Assembly (NCBI RefSeq): GCF_040938485.1
Contig: NW_027271319.1
Coordinates: 806,001 to 870,000 of the forward strand
From: Diadema antillarum
Lineage: Eukaryota
Reading direction: 5' to 3'
DNA: 64,000 nt
Below the pieces are notes generated by a model. The model did no database searches. It was not told the origin of the DNA and saw only the letters and a program-made list of their open reading frames with translations. Below, one piece after another: positions 12,453-25,200 of this stretch (position 1 is the stretch's first letter; the number at the start of each line of letters is the position of its first letter). A program made the position numbers and the translations under genes.

Positions 12453-13425
12453 GAGGGTGGTCGTCGAAACCGCGCCCTTTTTTTTTTCTACTCCATCTCT
12501 GTAAGAAGACGTGCATAGACGATCGTGAAAGCGTGGTAAGTGAAGGAACGCCAATGGAGGCTTTAACCAAGCCTGTCTTCTAATGCGAGAGTTTTTCGTG
12601 TGTATTCTATGACCGTGATGTACGGTGACTTATTTCCTCCAGTCTCCCCGCTCTTGTCTCTCATTACGATTGGAAAGAGAAACGGCGCCGGTTTGTTAGG
12701 AGGAAGATTTTACGCATGTCGTTCACTTGTGTGTCTTTTTTTTTCTTTTACAAAATGCAAGATTTGGCTTAACTTTTTTTTTTTTTCCGGGCGGTGGTGG
12801 GGGTGGGATCTGGGCAAACAAATGATTGGAGACAACTGCTACGCGTTCCAAAGCTATAGCTTGGCAATGAATTTTTTTTTTTTTTTTAGGGAAGAGTTGC
12901 AACGTTGATACCCATAACATCGACCCAAAAGAGAGAGAAGTAACAGCGCTGGGTTAAAAGCACATATGAAGCCGTGTGTGTCTGATGGAATGAATTTAGT
13001 TGCAATATGCTAGGGTCAAGTTCGACGTACTTTGCCACGGCAGAGTGACAATAGAGCGGGATAGGGGTGGTCGGGGAGGAAGGGGATTCAGTTGTTATAC
13101 AGATTTATTCTCGTGTCGCTTGCTTTCCCTCTTCCCCTCGCTGTCTGTTTTTTTTTCTCTCTCTCGATCGTCATTCTCGTGTTTGTAACCACATTTCATT
13201 GTCCCAGGTGTGTCTTGTAGTCTCCAAAGCGGCTGTTTGTTTGTCTTTTTTTTTCTGTTTGTTTATTGGTACTGCGTACTGCACCCTGCGTTGTTGCAGC
13301 AAAACATATCGTTCTCTGCTTTATGTGGTTTCTTGGAAGGGATAATGTCGCTGAGTTCTCAATCACAAGTGGACATCATAAAGTATGTTCCACCAGGCAG
13401 TGTTATCTGTTTGATGCATATTTAA

Positions 13426-14443
13426 AGATAATAAAAAGTTTTGGTACCTCAAAAGTTTCCTTGAATTTCCTTGCCTTAGTTTGTCTTTCAGGTTAAAGTA
13501 CCTTTCATATAACTAACACTGTGAGACTTACTTACCCCAAAGTGTCCTCATGTCTTAGTAATCATGCAATTAACTGCGACCAGCAGCCCCATATGCGTAG
13601 CGACCAGCAGTCCCATACGCATAGCGTAATCGGGCTTCGCATTGTAGCATTCAGGATCATGACAGATTTAGTATCGCAGGATAAATGTCAACTTAAAATC
13701 CCAAAAATTCTTCAATTTGAAGACTTACCAATTAAGGCGAAGTATTGAAAACAGGCTTCGGGCAACGTTTGGTTCTGCCTATAGTCCCTTTCTGTTCGAA
13801 TTGATGACTGAATGTGACTCGGTCGAGAGGACCTTGGGAGAGCTACCATACACTGAATACTACAGCCAGTGCATGCGAACACATCACATGCGCACAAATT
13901 TCAAATCCATCAACGGATAAGATGTTTGTGTGCGCATGCGCTGGCCGTAGTAGTCAGTGTAGTAGCTCTCCCAAGGTCCTCTCGACCGAGTCACATTCAG
14001 TCATCAATTCGAAAAGAAAGGGACTATTGGCAGAACCAAACGTTGTTCGAAGCCTGTTTTCAATACTTCAACTTAATTGGTAAGTCTTCAAATCGAAGAA
14101 ATTTTTGGATTTGAAGTTGCCATTTACCCGCGATACTAATTCTGTCATGATCCTGAATGCTACAATGCGAAGCCCCATTTCGCTATGCGCATGGGTCTGC
14201 TGGTCGCAGTTAGCTATGCGTACAATGGGCTGCACGCTGCTGGTCGCAGACAGTGGTTTCGTACAATATTTATCGACGCAGTACGGCGACGGCTCTGGTA
14301 CGAAACCATTATTGCATGATTACTAAGACATGAGAGCACTTTGGGGCGAGTAACTCTCACAGACAACGTACTTTAACGTGAAACACAAACCAAGACAAGG
14401 AAATTCAGGGAAACTTTTGAGGTACCAAAACTTTTTATTATCT
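13426..14443. mobile_element. 1-kb foldback MITE, Kolobok-like (TTAA/AG termini)
   Basis: TTAA-AGATAATAAAAAGTTTTGGTACCTCAAAAG at the left and its exact reverse complement at the right, with TTAA at 14444-14447. The arms are complementary over about 470 bp around a centre near 13900-13925. Confidence 0.9.
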
Positions 14444-14708
14444 TTAACAGTGAGATCTTAAAGATGGCCCTTCCCTTTTGCATTCCTTCTCAAATAGCAC
14501 AGAACATGACATATTCCACCAGAATGACAAGACTACTGTAAATCTATAACATTTCTGTGATATTTGAAGGTTGTTAGCTGTTAAAATTCATATAATGCAC
14601 CAAACGCTCACCGTAACGTATTCTGTGTACTAGGCGCAGCTGCATACGTTAATCCTCATGTGGTTGTAATATGATGCTTATACTTCGCACAACAGATATG
14701 CATGTTAA

Positions 14709-15173
14709 AGGACAAGTTCACCTTCATAGACATGTGGGTTGAGTGAATGCAGCAATATTAGTAGAACACATCAGTGAGAGTTTGAGCAAAATCGGACAAT
14801 CCGTTCAAAAGTTATGAATATTTGAAGTTTCTGTTCAGTCACGGCTGGATGAAAAGACTACTATAGCTTGTGATGTCACATGAGTACAACGATATAAAGA
14901 AAGAATAAAGAAAATTCAACATATTTCCATTTTTCTCGCATAACAAAAGAACACTCGACTTCTCTCTTTCAGAAGACAGGGGGAATAATATTACCCTTAA
15001 CATACGTCAGTAGCAAGTCGAAGAAATGTGCACTTTATTCCGAAAGTAAAATTTTGTGAAATATTCGTAACTTTTGAACGGATTGTCCTATTTTCCTCAA
15101 ACTTTCACTGATGTGTTCTACTAATATTGCTGCATTCTCTCAATCCTTATGTATATGAAGGTGGACTTGTCCT
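14709..15173. mobile_element. Kolobok-like MITE with long TIRs
   Basis: TTAA-AGGACAAGTTCACCTTCAT ... ATGAAGGTGGACTTGTCCT-TTAA. Complementarity extends about 115 bp inward. Confidence 0.9.
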
Positions 15174-15480
15174 TTAAAGCTGTCAGAAAAGAAGAATTCA
15201 CTAGCTTCTCTTACTTTGTTATCAATAGCAAATAACAACACACCACATACATGAACTACATGTACAACTAAATGCATCACACAGGTCTGTAAAACTAGAC
15301 TAGTATTTAGATTAGTAATTTTTGCGTAGTACGGAAAAATTATTCAAATCTTAAAGGTCAATTTAACTAAACAAATAAAGACCCTCTTCAGTTCAACATT
15401 TACAGGGGGTTTCCAAATAGTGTTTTCTTCAATACCTAAGTGTTCTCACCAATTTTTCAAAAATGTGCATGCAAAAGGGA

Positions 15481-16019
15481 TTGGCTATCTTTAACAGAGC
15501 CTTGTTACCGCGACAACATCCGGGGTAACGTCCAGGTTACTTTTTTTTCAAGCCCTGCCTGTTAAAACGGTCCCCGCATAATGTTTCTCCTATGTTGTCG
15601 CGATAATTTTTTGTCAAATTCTAACCAAGCTAGGGTAATTACCGCGACATTACCCAGACATTACCCTGAAATTACCCAGATAACCCTTCTGTTAGAACGC
15701 AACTGCGGTAAAATTCATTTGATACATTGAATATGCATGTGCAACATTGCAGATAGAAAAATGATTGACACACTGCGCGCCGATCACGTGCATCGATACG
15801 ACCATTGTGACCACTGAATAGTGATTGGCCGGTGGGCGGGGTAGTTGCATCAGTGGACACGCCCCCTTAGTAGAAAACTACCCGGAGAAGTTTTTCGGTG
15901 TGTGTCTGTTAAAAAGGTACCTCTAGCTCTCTCTTGCGGTTTTATTGCCAGAGGCGAGGAATTTTATTTTCCGGACATTGTCGCGATGTTGTCATGGTAA
16001 GGTCTGTTAAAACAGGGCT
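15481..16019. mobile_element. PIF/Harbinger-like MITE (left TIR degenerate)
   Basis: The right end GATGTTGTCATGGTAAGGTCTGTTAAAACAGGGCT matches the inverted left segment TTAACAGAGCCTTGTTACCGCGACAACATC. There are four internal CTGTTA(A/G)AA repeats. The superfamily is inferred from the GGGC terminus only. Confidence 0.5.
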
Positions 16020-16353
16020 ATAGAAGCTATAGAAGCTATAGAAGCAGAGCCCGTGGAAGTTGTTGTTTTGTGAGCGCATCCAAGAAATCTGTAGAATAGT
16101 AGTGGACAAATTTTTATGAAATAAGAATTATATGGCAGGTATTTAGATATTCTTTTGGTCGCAAAAGTGATGATCAGGTATCATGAATCAAGTCAGCATT
16201 CATTTGCAGTGCATAGACCCTTTAAGTTATTCTGAGTTCAAGTCAAGTCGATCTCCTTTTCTGTCATATAAATATTACGCTTTTGTTTGTATAATTTGTC
16301 TATTCCAGCTGAGAAACATAGGCAATAACTGAATAATATGCTATCGTTATAAA

Positions 16354-16358
<5 letters not shown>

Positions 16359-16397
<39 letters not shown>

Positions 16398-16428
16398 AAT
16401 TGTATATATATATATATACATTAGAGAA

Positions 16429-16460
<32 letters not shown>

Positions 16461-16742
16461 GGAGAGAGAAGATACAGCAAGGGGACACACACACACACAC
16501 ACACGCACACATTAAATCATTGAATATTGTTTTAGGGGCGGTTGAGGGACGAACTTTCTTCTACTTGCCAGCAGCGTCAGTTATTCCTGACAGTTTATTT
16601 GGGCAAGTTTGGGAAATGATTAGATGTGTATCTCCTCGCGCCTGTCAAAATGCGCTCACGTTCACCGTTATTTTTAGCCGACATGATTCATGGCTTCATA
16701 CGCGACCCGCCAACTCGCTTAAATACACATGCAAACTCTCCG

Positions 16743-16795
<53 letters not shown>

Positions 16796-16805
16796 ATACA
16801 CCACA
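16359..16805. repeat. Microsatellite cluster (TA)n, (GA)n, poly-G, (CA)n x2
   Basis: Seen directly in the sequence. Confidence 0.95.
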
Positions 16806-19294
16806 CATATGACACAGATGCATGCTTCACCACATGCACCCATTATTGCGCCTGTCCATACACGCACAAACGACGCCACATATTAATATAACTTACGCAA
16901 CTTGCAACTTACAACGAATACCGCAGACTACACAGTGAAAAAAAAAAATGCGAAGCACAACAAAAGTGGAACAAGACAACAAGAAGTTTTAACGTATGAA
17001 AGCATATCCTTAATTGTGCTAAGAAGAAGAAGAAGAAGAAGAAGCTAAAAAGGCCCCGGCTTGATTTGAAACCTTGAGCACGTGATAATTCCATAAACAC
17101 ATTCTGAATGCGGCCTGTCTCCGACGATATATCTGAACCTAACAAACCCCCTAATTATTCCGTTACCCTGTCGTGTTACCCGTAACTGACATTTCATGGT
17201 GAGTTCAACGAATCAAATCTCTCACCAGTACGACCGTCCTGGCTCACTTTGCGATCATTCTTCTTTACAGCCTTATGATAAGCATTGTAGCTACGTCACC
17301 AGCATGGTTACGTCAGTGAACGACACAAAAAGCTTGCGGAAGGTCTCCTTTAAATGAAAACTAAGCACTAGTTCACATGCAGTATCGAAGAATAAGACAA
17401 GATGCGGAAAAAAAAAAAATTCAGATCTTGCCTTGATGTAAAGTAGTGCTGCCAGCCAGGACGGGCGAGCACACATACATGAACACACGCACACATACGC
17501 ACACTCAATTATGCACAATATGCAATTTTATATAAAGAATGTAGAGAGGAAAAAAACCCTAATTTGCTGTTTCATTTCTGTTTTGTTTGCAGTATCATCC
17601 TGGTTATATTGGGATGAGTATAATTATAGCACGTTAATGCGTTCAAAAGTCTCATTAATAACAACCAATATATAACGTACCATCTCATGACCGGGTATGA
17701 CTGGACGGACGAATGATCCATGCTATATTGCTTGCCTCATTCGCATCAAGGCAAGCTGTTAAGAGCCGCCTCCTTTCGCAACCCAGCTCGAATGAGTACA
17801 GTGACATTTTGCTCACGTAATCAAAGATGTTATCACCGTAAATAGTCATGATTTCCTTCGAGACCGTACCGTATCAGTTGTCCCACGCTGCTGCAAGTGT
17901 TTCTGTTCTTTTCTTCACCTTCTCCATCGCCTTTTCTTTCTTTCTTTCTTTCTTTTTTCTCTCTTTACCCAATTTTTGCCGAGGAGCCGGCACTTTGGCG
18001 AGAGTGGTGGAATGTGTATAGTCGTTGGCTGGCTGCGGCGTTAGCCGAGACTGCACGGTTTCATGGATTATTTAATCGGTCTCACTTGCATTCACACCCG
18101 GTTCTGTGATTAAAAACGCGGAACCCAACCCTACCGCGCTGACGATAATGACTTGGTAACACCTAAACCACCACCGAAGGGGGAAAAAATGACAACAAAA
18201 AATCAAACGAATGAAAGGAAGAAGGAGATGTTGGGTATGTGGTGCGAACCAGACAGCTCAAGATGTCGATGCTGTTGTTGTTGTGTTTATCCTTCACGTT
18301 GTGAGAGAACATCCAGTAGAATGTTCGGAAGCTCTGGCGCCATCGTGCGTTTCGGTCAAGTTTTAAAAACCGACGTCGTGGCACAGATTACGTTGGGTGT
18401 GAGGGCAGTGTTACGCTGATACTGAAAATTGTCTGTTTGTTTGACAAAAGGGAGATATTTCCACTCGTGTAGCAATTTCAGATATACATCCGGTGATCGT
18501 GTATAATATATTTAAAAAAATGTATGTTCGATCATATTTTGTCTAGATCTTTGGCATTCAATCCGTAGAATTGTTATCATGGTTATATATGACATTGCGG
18601 AAATACGCGCAAACACACCCGTAACAATGCCCCCCAAAAATGTTTGATACAAGTTTTGGTAAACATAATGAGGAATGGGAAAGTTAACGATGTTATAAGT
18701 TTGATGCAAGCAGATACCCCAAGGAGACCAATTAATTTGTGAGGATAAGCTTTCGATATTAATGTCTTCTTCAGATTTATTTGTCTGTGCAAACATGGTA
18801 TAATAGGGAAATAAGCATAAATGGAGGTATATACAACAGAATTAAGGAGCATTAAATGAAATGTGGCCAGGGCTTGCAAATTAATTTGACGTATATAATA
18901 TGCTCGCAAATTTGTTTATTTATTCATTTACTTATTTATTCATTTATCTATTTATTATTATTTATTCATTCATTCATTTATTCATACTGCTCTTATTGCG
19001 TCAAAAGTTCGAAGAATGTGAGTACAAATTTGTCATGCATAATAATTAAGTTATGTATTTCCAGTACAAATCTGACTGACTAATGTATTATCTGGTAGTG
19101 GAGGTACATAACTGGTTTCGTGTCATGCAATACTTAGAACGACAGGTTGCTATGACTAGTACTTCTGTATTTCCGGTTAAATTCACATAGAAAATATAGC
19201 GATAAAGTGTCCATGCAATTCTAAGTGAAATATTAGATTTGCTTGTTTTCTTCTTTTTTTTTTACACCAAAGCCTGCGAAGCATTTTGTGTAAG

Positions 19295-19297
<3 letters not shown>

Positions 19298-19337
<40 letters not shown>
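19298..19337. repeat. (TG)n microsatellite
   Basis: Seen directly in the sequence. Confidence 0.95.
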
Positions 19338-19339
<2 letters not shown>

Positions 19340-19961
19340 GGGTAGGGTTGGGTGTGAGGATGTAAGGATGTGTTCTGTACTCAGATCTTGTAGTGACAGC
19401 TCAAACAACATTGCGGGGATGTATAATGACTAGACGTCAATACCTTCATGTCGTTATCATCCCCACACATCTATAGCAATTATTAATATAGGACTCGAAT
19501 CTGCTCCCGGGTGTCGCGTGTTACGCAGTTTCTCTGAATGGTATACGTCAATCATTACTATGCCACCTGATAAGCTGTAATTTACAGGCTTGATAATTAT
19601 CTATTCATATCATTATCCTTATGATTCTCTATTGTGTGAATACGCAATCTGTCGCGTCAGTGTCGTCACAGCGGCGTGATGCCTTATTGATCATTACAGA
19701 TTACAAAGCCGTTGAGAGTAGGCGAGAGAGAAAGAAAGTCTTCCGTATAATGAATTTACACACTATTTTCATCGTATATTGCAACTGATGAAACAGTTTT
19801 GCCTTCTCAGATGATTGGACCTCACATTTTGTTCAGAGTTTTCTGTGTACTTGTATGATGACGATGACTCGACACACTTTCATTTAAACGGAAAGTGTGT
19901 CGGGGAGGGGAGGGGCTGTCTTACTTCTCAATTCCCCGCTCCTCTATTTTGGGGATCTATC

Positions 19962-20137
19962 ACCTGGGGCCCGTTGCATAAAACTTACCGTTGAATTTCA
20001 ATGGTAACTACCATCAAAATTAGGCGTCACAGCCAATTAGCATCAAGGATTATAAACTTTACCGCTAATTTGAAGACTTACCGCTAGAAAGGAGCGGTAA
20101 GTCCAGCGGTAAGGGTTTTATGCAACAGGGCCCAGGT
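19962..20137. mobile_element. 176-bp MITE
   Basis: ACCTGGGGCCCGTTGCATAAAAC ... GTTTTATGCAACAGGGCCCAGGT terminal inverted repeats, with internal CTTACCG/CGGTAAG repeats. No clear TSD. Confidence 0.8.
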
Positions 20138-22295
20138 CTACTCCCACTTCGTTTAATACCCATTTGGTCTCAACCACGTCAAACGACATGGTCTAATCCT
20201 GTTTCGTCTACAACCATTTCGTCAAGTAAGCATAATATTATAATCAAACTGTCACTTAGTCTCAAATCTATTGCCATTTGGTCTTTATGCCCTATTGTCC
20301 AATCACCTGTTCGTCTAATATTTGATTCGTCTCAATCCCATTCGTCTAATATCCACTTTGTCTAATTGCCATTCCATCTTATTCGCACTTGGGATCCACC
20401 CAATAAGGCTATGTATCTCCACTTCGACAAGTTATCATATTGTCTAACATTGTCTAATAACCAGTTAGGCTATTTATCAACTATACTGTTAACCAGTTGA
20501 TCTACCACTTGGTCTAATGCCCAGTTGGTCTAAATACCTATAGTATAATGTCCATTTCGTCCAATGTTCACGTTGTCTAACTATTTAATGTTTACCCAGT
20601 GGACTTCAGAAATTTGGAGGTTGTGTTTTTCCAATATGGGTCGTCTTGAGATCAACATGTGGAGTGCAAGTGATGGGGAGAATAATCATCTCGAAACTCA
20701 CGGCTACCCTCTAAATTATTCGGATTGCGATGAAGTACCAAGCCAAAATTAGATTAGATATCTCCATACAAAAGATTTAAAAGTAATTTTGTTTGTTTGT
20801 CTCAATCTGATTTTTGACTGGTCCCTCACCACAATCTTATAGATTGATTTCAAAACAGGAATTTAGACAATAGCTGCTTATAAGTTATTTTTGTATTTTC
20901 ATAGCCTTTTTCAGGAGTATGATTGCTGTACAACTTTATAATACATATAAGAGATATACATCCATCGAGGAGGTTGGAGAGAGGCGTTGTTTCCACCTCC
21001 CTGATGAGACATTGTATCTTCATGTCTATGATAATCAAATGAATCAGGGAGGAATGTGTATGTCATCCTATACCCCCTTGCGTAATTTTGCTTTCTACCC
21101 TCGTCATAGCGCCTGACACTGTAAAATGAACCTAATCTACACATGACACATCACTGGGGATGAAAATTATCTGATATTGACGCCGACTTGATTTTATAGT
21201 GAACTTCGCTCTTCAGCTAAACAAAGAGAAAGTTAAAAGAATGCACAGAGTGACTATATTTTATAGCCCCATGTTAGGACATCTATTGATTTTATGACAC
21301 TAAACTTTGGTGTCCGGAGAAAGAATGTCTTTTTTCTTTAATCAAATCAATTGCGCTTAAAACTTTCCACAAACCAGGTATGTGGGCACGGAAGTCTAAC
21401 ATATGAGCCACATCTCATGCGGAGAATACGCAAATTGCACATGCAGGAACTAATAGACAGATGAAATCACAATTTATTTGGTAATACCACACAGAAAAGT
21501 CACTTCAACGGCAGCAAAGTCCGTATTATAGATATGATGTATTATTTGCATGTTGTCGACGAAACGAGAGTATACATAAATGTAAGCCCTGTTGGAAATA
21601 ATTACAATTAGTTGAGAAGGTGACGACCCAAAACGGTGTTTAGACGAAAATGCTAATTGGATTGTAGACTAATTGGAAATTAGATGAAATGGCAGGAGAC
21701 TAATTGCCTGTTAGACCTATACTGAAATATAGACCAATCGGGCAGCGGACCAAGCAGTAATTAGCCAAAATGCCCTTGGACGAAAAGATGAATAGCTGAC
21801 TATTATGGAATTTAGACGAACTGGGCTTTTGTTTGTTTGTTTGTTTGTTCATTTTTTCCATCTGAGAAGATGGCTGAATAGCCCATATTCAGCTATGTTA
21901 AGCTAGTCTTTCATGGGGTCCAGTTGGATGTGAGGCGGGACCACTTCACCTGGTTAAACACCCTGCTCGTGATGAATGAATGAAGCGGGATCTTTTACGT
22001 GCATGAGTTGTGATTCTCTGACACACGGGGCCTCCATTTTATGTCCTATCCGAGGGACAGAGTGTTTTGCCTCTTGCTTGCGGGGACGGTATGATTACAC
22101 ACAACATTGCTCAGTCCAGACTCGGGTTCGAACCCGGGTTGCTTGGGTCGGAGGCAGACGCGCTACCGATTGAGCCAACTCACCGCTAAACGGGCATTTG
22201 TCGAAATTGATAGTAGACCAATGAATTTAGCCGTAGCGATGTTAGACGAACTGGAAAGTAAATTATCTAATAGTAAGCCAAGTGGCAATAAAACC
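20136..22295. mobile_element. Foldback-type element with degenerate minisatellite arms
   Basis: About 20-bp degenerate units such as CCATTTCGTCTAAT/CCACTTGGTCTAAT run forward at about 20140-20600. The same units are inverted (TTAGACGAA.../TAGACC) at about 21555-21826 and 22190-22295. The interior is unique sequence. Confidence 0.6.
21827..22186 (-). mobile_element. tRNA-derived DeuSINE (Deu/Nin-domain SINE)
   Basis: Minus strand: A box TGGCTCAATCGG and B box GGTTCGAACCC. The core GTCCCTCGGATAGGACATAAAATGGAGGCCCCG ... GCACGTAAAAGATCCC ... GAGCAGGGTGTTTAACCAGGTG matches my recollection of the Deu-domain consensus. The 3' tail is (AAAC)n. Confidence 0.85.
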
Positions 22296-25200
22296 GTTAT
22301 TTCTCTCTTTCCAAATGCATGATTAGTCTTTTCTCATTCTTGATAGCCGTGCATTTTCATTCCTCTCCCGACCTGGTTTGATAAGCACTTAACCAGAATA
22401 TGGTCAACGAGAGGGGGAAAAGAGATAAAATAAGCGAAAGAAAAGAAGAGAAAGAAATATTGCAATGAACGCCTATCCTGAATTAAAGAAACTTTGGAGG
22501 TTAAGATTGTTGGAAAAGAAAAAAAGGAAACAAGTATTCTGATTGCTATTAAGACGAATCGGATGCGCGTTGCTATATATTCATCCGCGCGCCTAAGCGA
22601 GCGTGGCGTCGGCACTTAGCTGTTGCTCCGCTGGTGCATGTACACACCCTCGAGATTTGCTGTTTGACGATACCATACATTCAGAGAAAAGGGGCGATCG
22701 GGGTGTCTTCTGCTGTATGCCCTTTATAATGAAGAACGTGCTTGGAACTCCAGTCCTGGCGTGGTCTGATTTTATGGCCATCGTTTTCGCGGATCACGAC
22801 GGGAAATAAATCACAAGTTTGTTCCGGCGAAAGCGTCTAGAAAGATGTAAAAATAGAAAGAAAATGAGAAGAGCGAGGATGTTCGTTAAACTCGTTGCAA
22901 ATTCGTCTGGCTTTATAGGCCATTAAAAAAATAGGGAAGAGAATACGTGTATAGGGAGGGAGAAGACGAAGGGGCAACAAAGATAAACCTAAGCAAGGCA
23001 AAAAAAAAAACACCAACAACGACAGCAACAGTACAATATCAAAGACGTCCCGGACAACATTTGCTACGAGCAGCTAAAGAGTTTGGCTGACTAGAAGTAA
23101 TAATACGCCGTGGTTCCTTAGTATCTAGTATATCACTCTGTTCTTCGGGTATAAAGCGGTTTATCGCCAGTGTGCCAACAGCTGTTGTGCCTAATACCCT
23201 CTCCATCTAGTCACATTAATTATGTTTTATTTACCCGTCTTCTCTTGCCTCCAAGGCCGCCTACTTGTTATTTCCATCTTATTTTCTATACACGTATCAT
23301 GACTAGACTCTGAATTGCCCTCTATCCACTGCTTTAATTGCTCCGCTAATTAGTTTTTTTTTTTTCCTCCGTTGCCACAGTCATCCTCAGGATGTCAAAC
23401 CCCGGCCTTGCTACAACTGCATCCACTCTCCTTTCTGGATGAGTAGTCTAAAAGTTGTTCATTCTTCATTAAAGTACAGTGTCTGATTTCCATGAGATCA
23501 ACGACCTAGAGAAGGTCATATCATTCGAGTGTGTGTATGTATGGTTTATATGTAATGCCTTTGTATGTGTGTTATATTCCGTGTTAGTTCCATCAACTTG
23601 TCCATCGATCAATTACCAATTCCGCATGTTACCCAATCACCTTGTAGCACCAAAACACTATCAGCTCTACACTCTCATACAAAAATCAAACAAGTAAACA
23701 AACAAACAAACAAACGTAGGCCTAATGGGTCAGCTGTAATGTTGGCGATAACGAAGCTGTTTGATGAGACATACAGTAATTCACCGACAGTGCAACATCC
23801 AGAAGCGCGTACTTTCATTTGACAATCGGTTGTTGTAAGTGTATCAGGCTGGAACCTATACTCACAAAAGGGGTCCATAACAATTGCTGGGGTGTTTTTT
23901 TTTTTCAACATTACATCTGGGACAGTCAGATTCGACGCACGGATTCTTCGATTCGTGTTTCATCTGTCGCTCGGCGTGTCTGACAGCCAATGAAGGAAAC
24001 GATTGGTTCAAACCTCAAACCTATCTTTCGCCATCAGCAAGATCGGCAAATAGACACAGCAGCCGACCACTTTTCTTCAATCAACCTGGAGCTATTTGCC
24101 AATCGCCAGCCGGAGGAGAAGAACTTGGAACAAAACTCGCCACTCAAGCTGTGCGGGCGTAAAATGTCCTTCCTTTTTAACTCACGCGCCCAGCACGCGG
24201 TTATCCACCCACTTCATTCAGGGCAATTGACCCCGGCTTACTTATCGCATTCTCAATCAAGTGTAATAGATACATTCCTGCATGTAAATTCATAAGGCCC
24301 GGCATCAATGATGTATAGTATGCTTGTTATATAGCCTGAACAGGAAGAAAAACGCCTTTGCAGAGTGTCGAAACTATCAAAGATGATGATATCGTCCTGC
24401 TTCTGGGCCTATTGTTCAATTATTCCTTTTGTCTGTCGTTACGTGGGATCGTTGCCAAATTTGACGTCACATTTATTTTTTTTGCCTAGAGAACCCTAAG
24501 TATCTAGAGACAAATAATAGGAGGGTGGAGGGGTGGGTTAGATACCATCAACTGTACACCAAGGTATTCCCACAATACAAGCTCATGTTATGTGCGCTAA
24601 ATAAGCAATATAACAATAGGTAGATCTCCTGGTTTCTAAGATCATTCTTTGTTTTTATTTAGTTATATTTCAATACACCATAGGGTTCTCTAACAGTAGT
24701 CAGGTTATCGGCACTAACCAAAAAAAAGACAAATTCATCTAGATTTGCCGAAAAGGTAAACAAAAAAGATGGAAAATGTATTTGTATCTTCAGTAGATTT
24801 AAGAGATGAGAATAGATGATTATATTTGCAAAGTTTGACCTCAAACCGAGTGAACTTTATTGTTGTCAATTTAAAATATCTGCGTTTAAACCTACGAAAA
24901 AAGAGAAAAAGATGTGAAAATATGAATCTTCCTATAAAAACCTCAAGAATTCTTGTTGCGACAAATGGGGTGTCATTTGAAAAAAAAAAAAGGTTTAATT
25001 TGCTGTAACTAATGATGGACATTATCTAAATTGCTTTAAGCTGGCGCTTAACCCACTTTGCGATAAAACTCCTCATTCATTGTGTTTGATTATTTTTTTA
25101 CTGTTATTGTAATACCGATGATCGATAGATGGATACCAAGAAAGGAAAGATGAAGATTGAGCAGATAACATAAACTGATTAATAGACCGAAGAATGCACG

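Noticed and set aside
16400-16891. 163-aa ORF and overlapping His/Thr- or Cys/Val-rich ORFs
   Set aside because: Translations of (TA)n, (GA)n and (CA)n microsatellites.
20140-20600. Regularly spaced short repeats superficially like a CRISPR array
   Set aside because: The units are degenerate and contiguous without unique spacers, the context is eukaryotic and there are no cas genes. It is a minisatellite arm.
22100-22186. tRNA-like A/B boxes
   Set aside because: Not a tRNA gene: there is no acceptor-stem pairing and it continues into a SINE core and tail. Reported as a DeuSINE instead.
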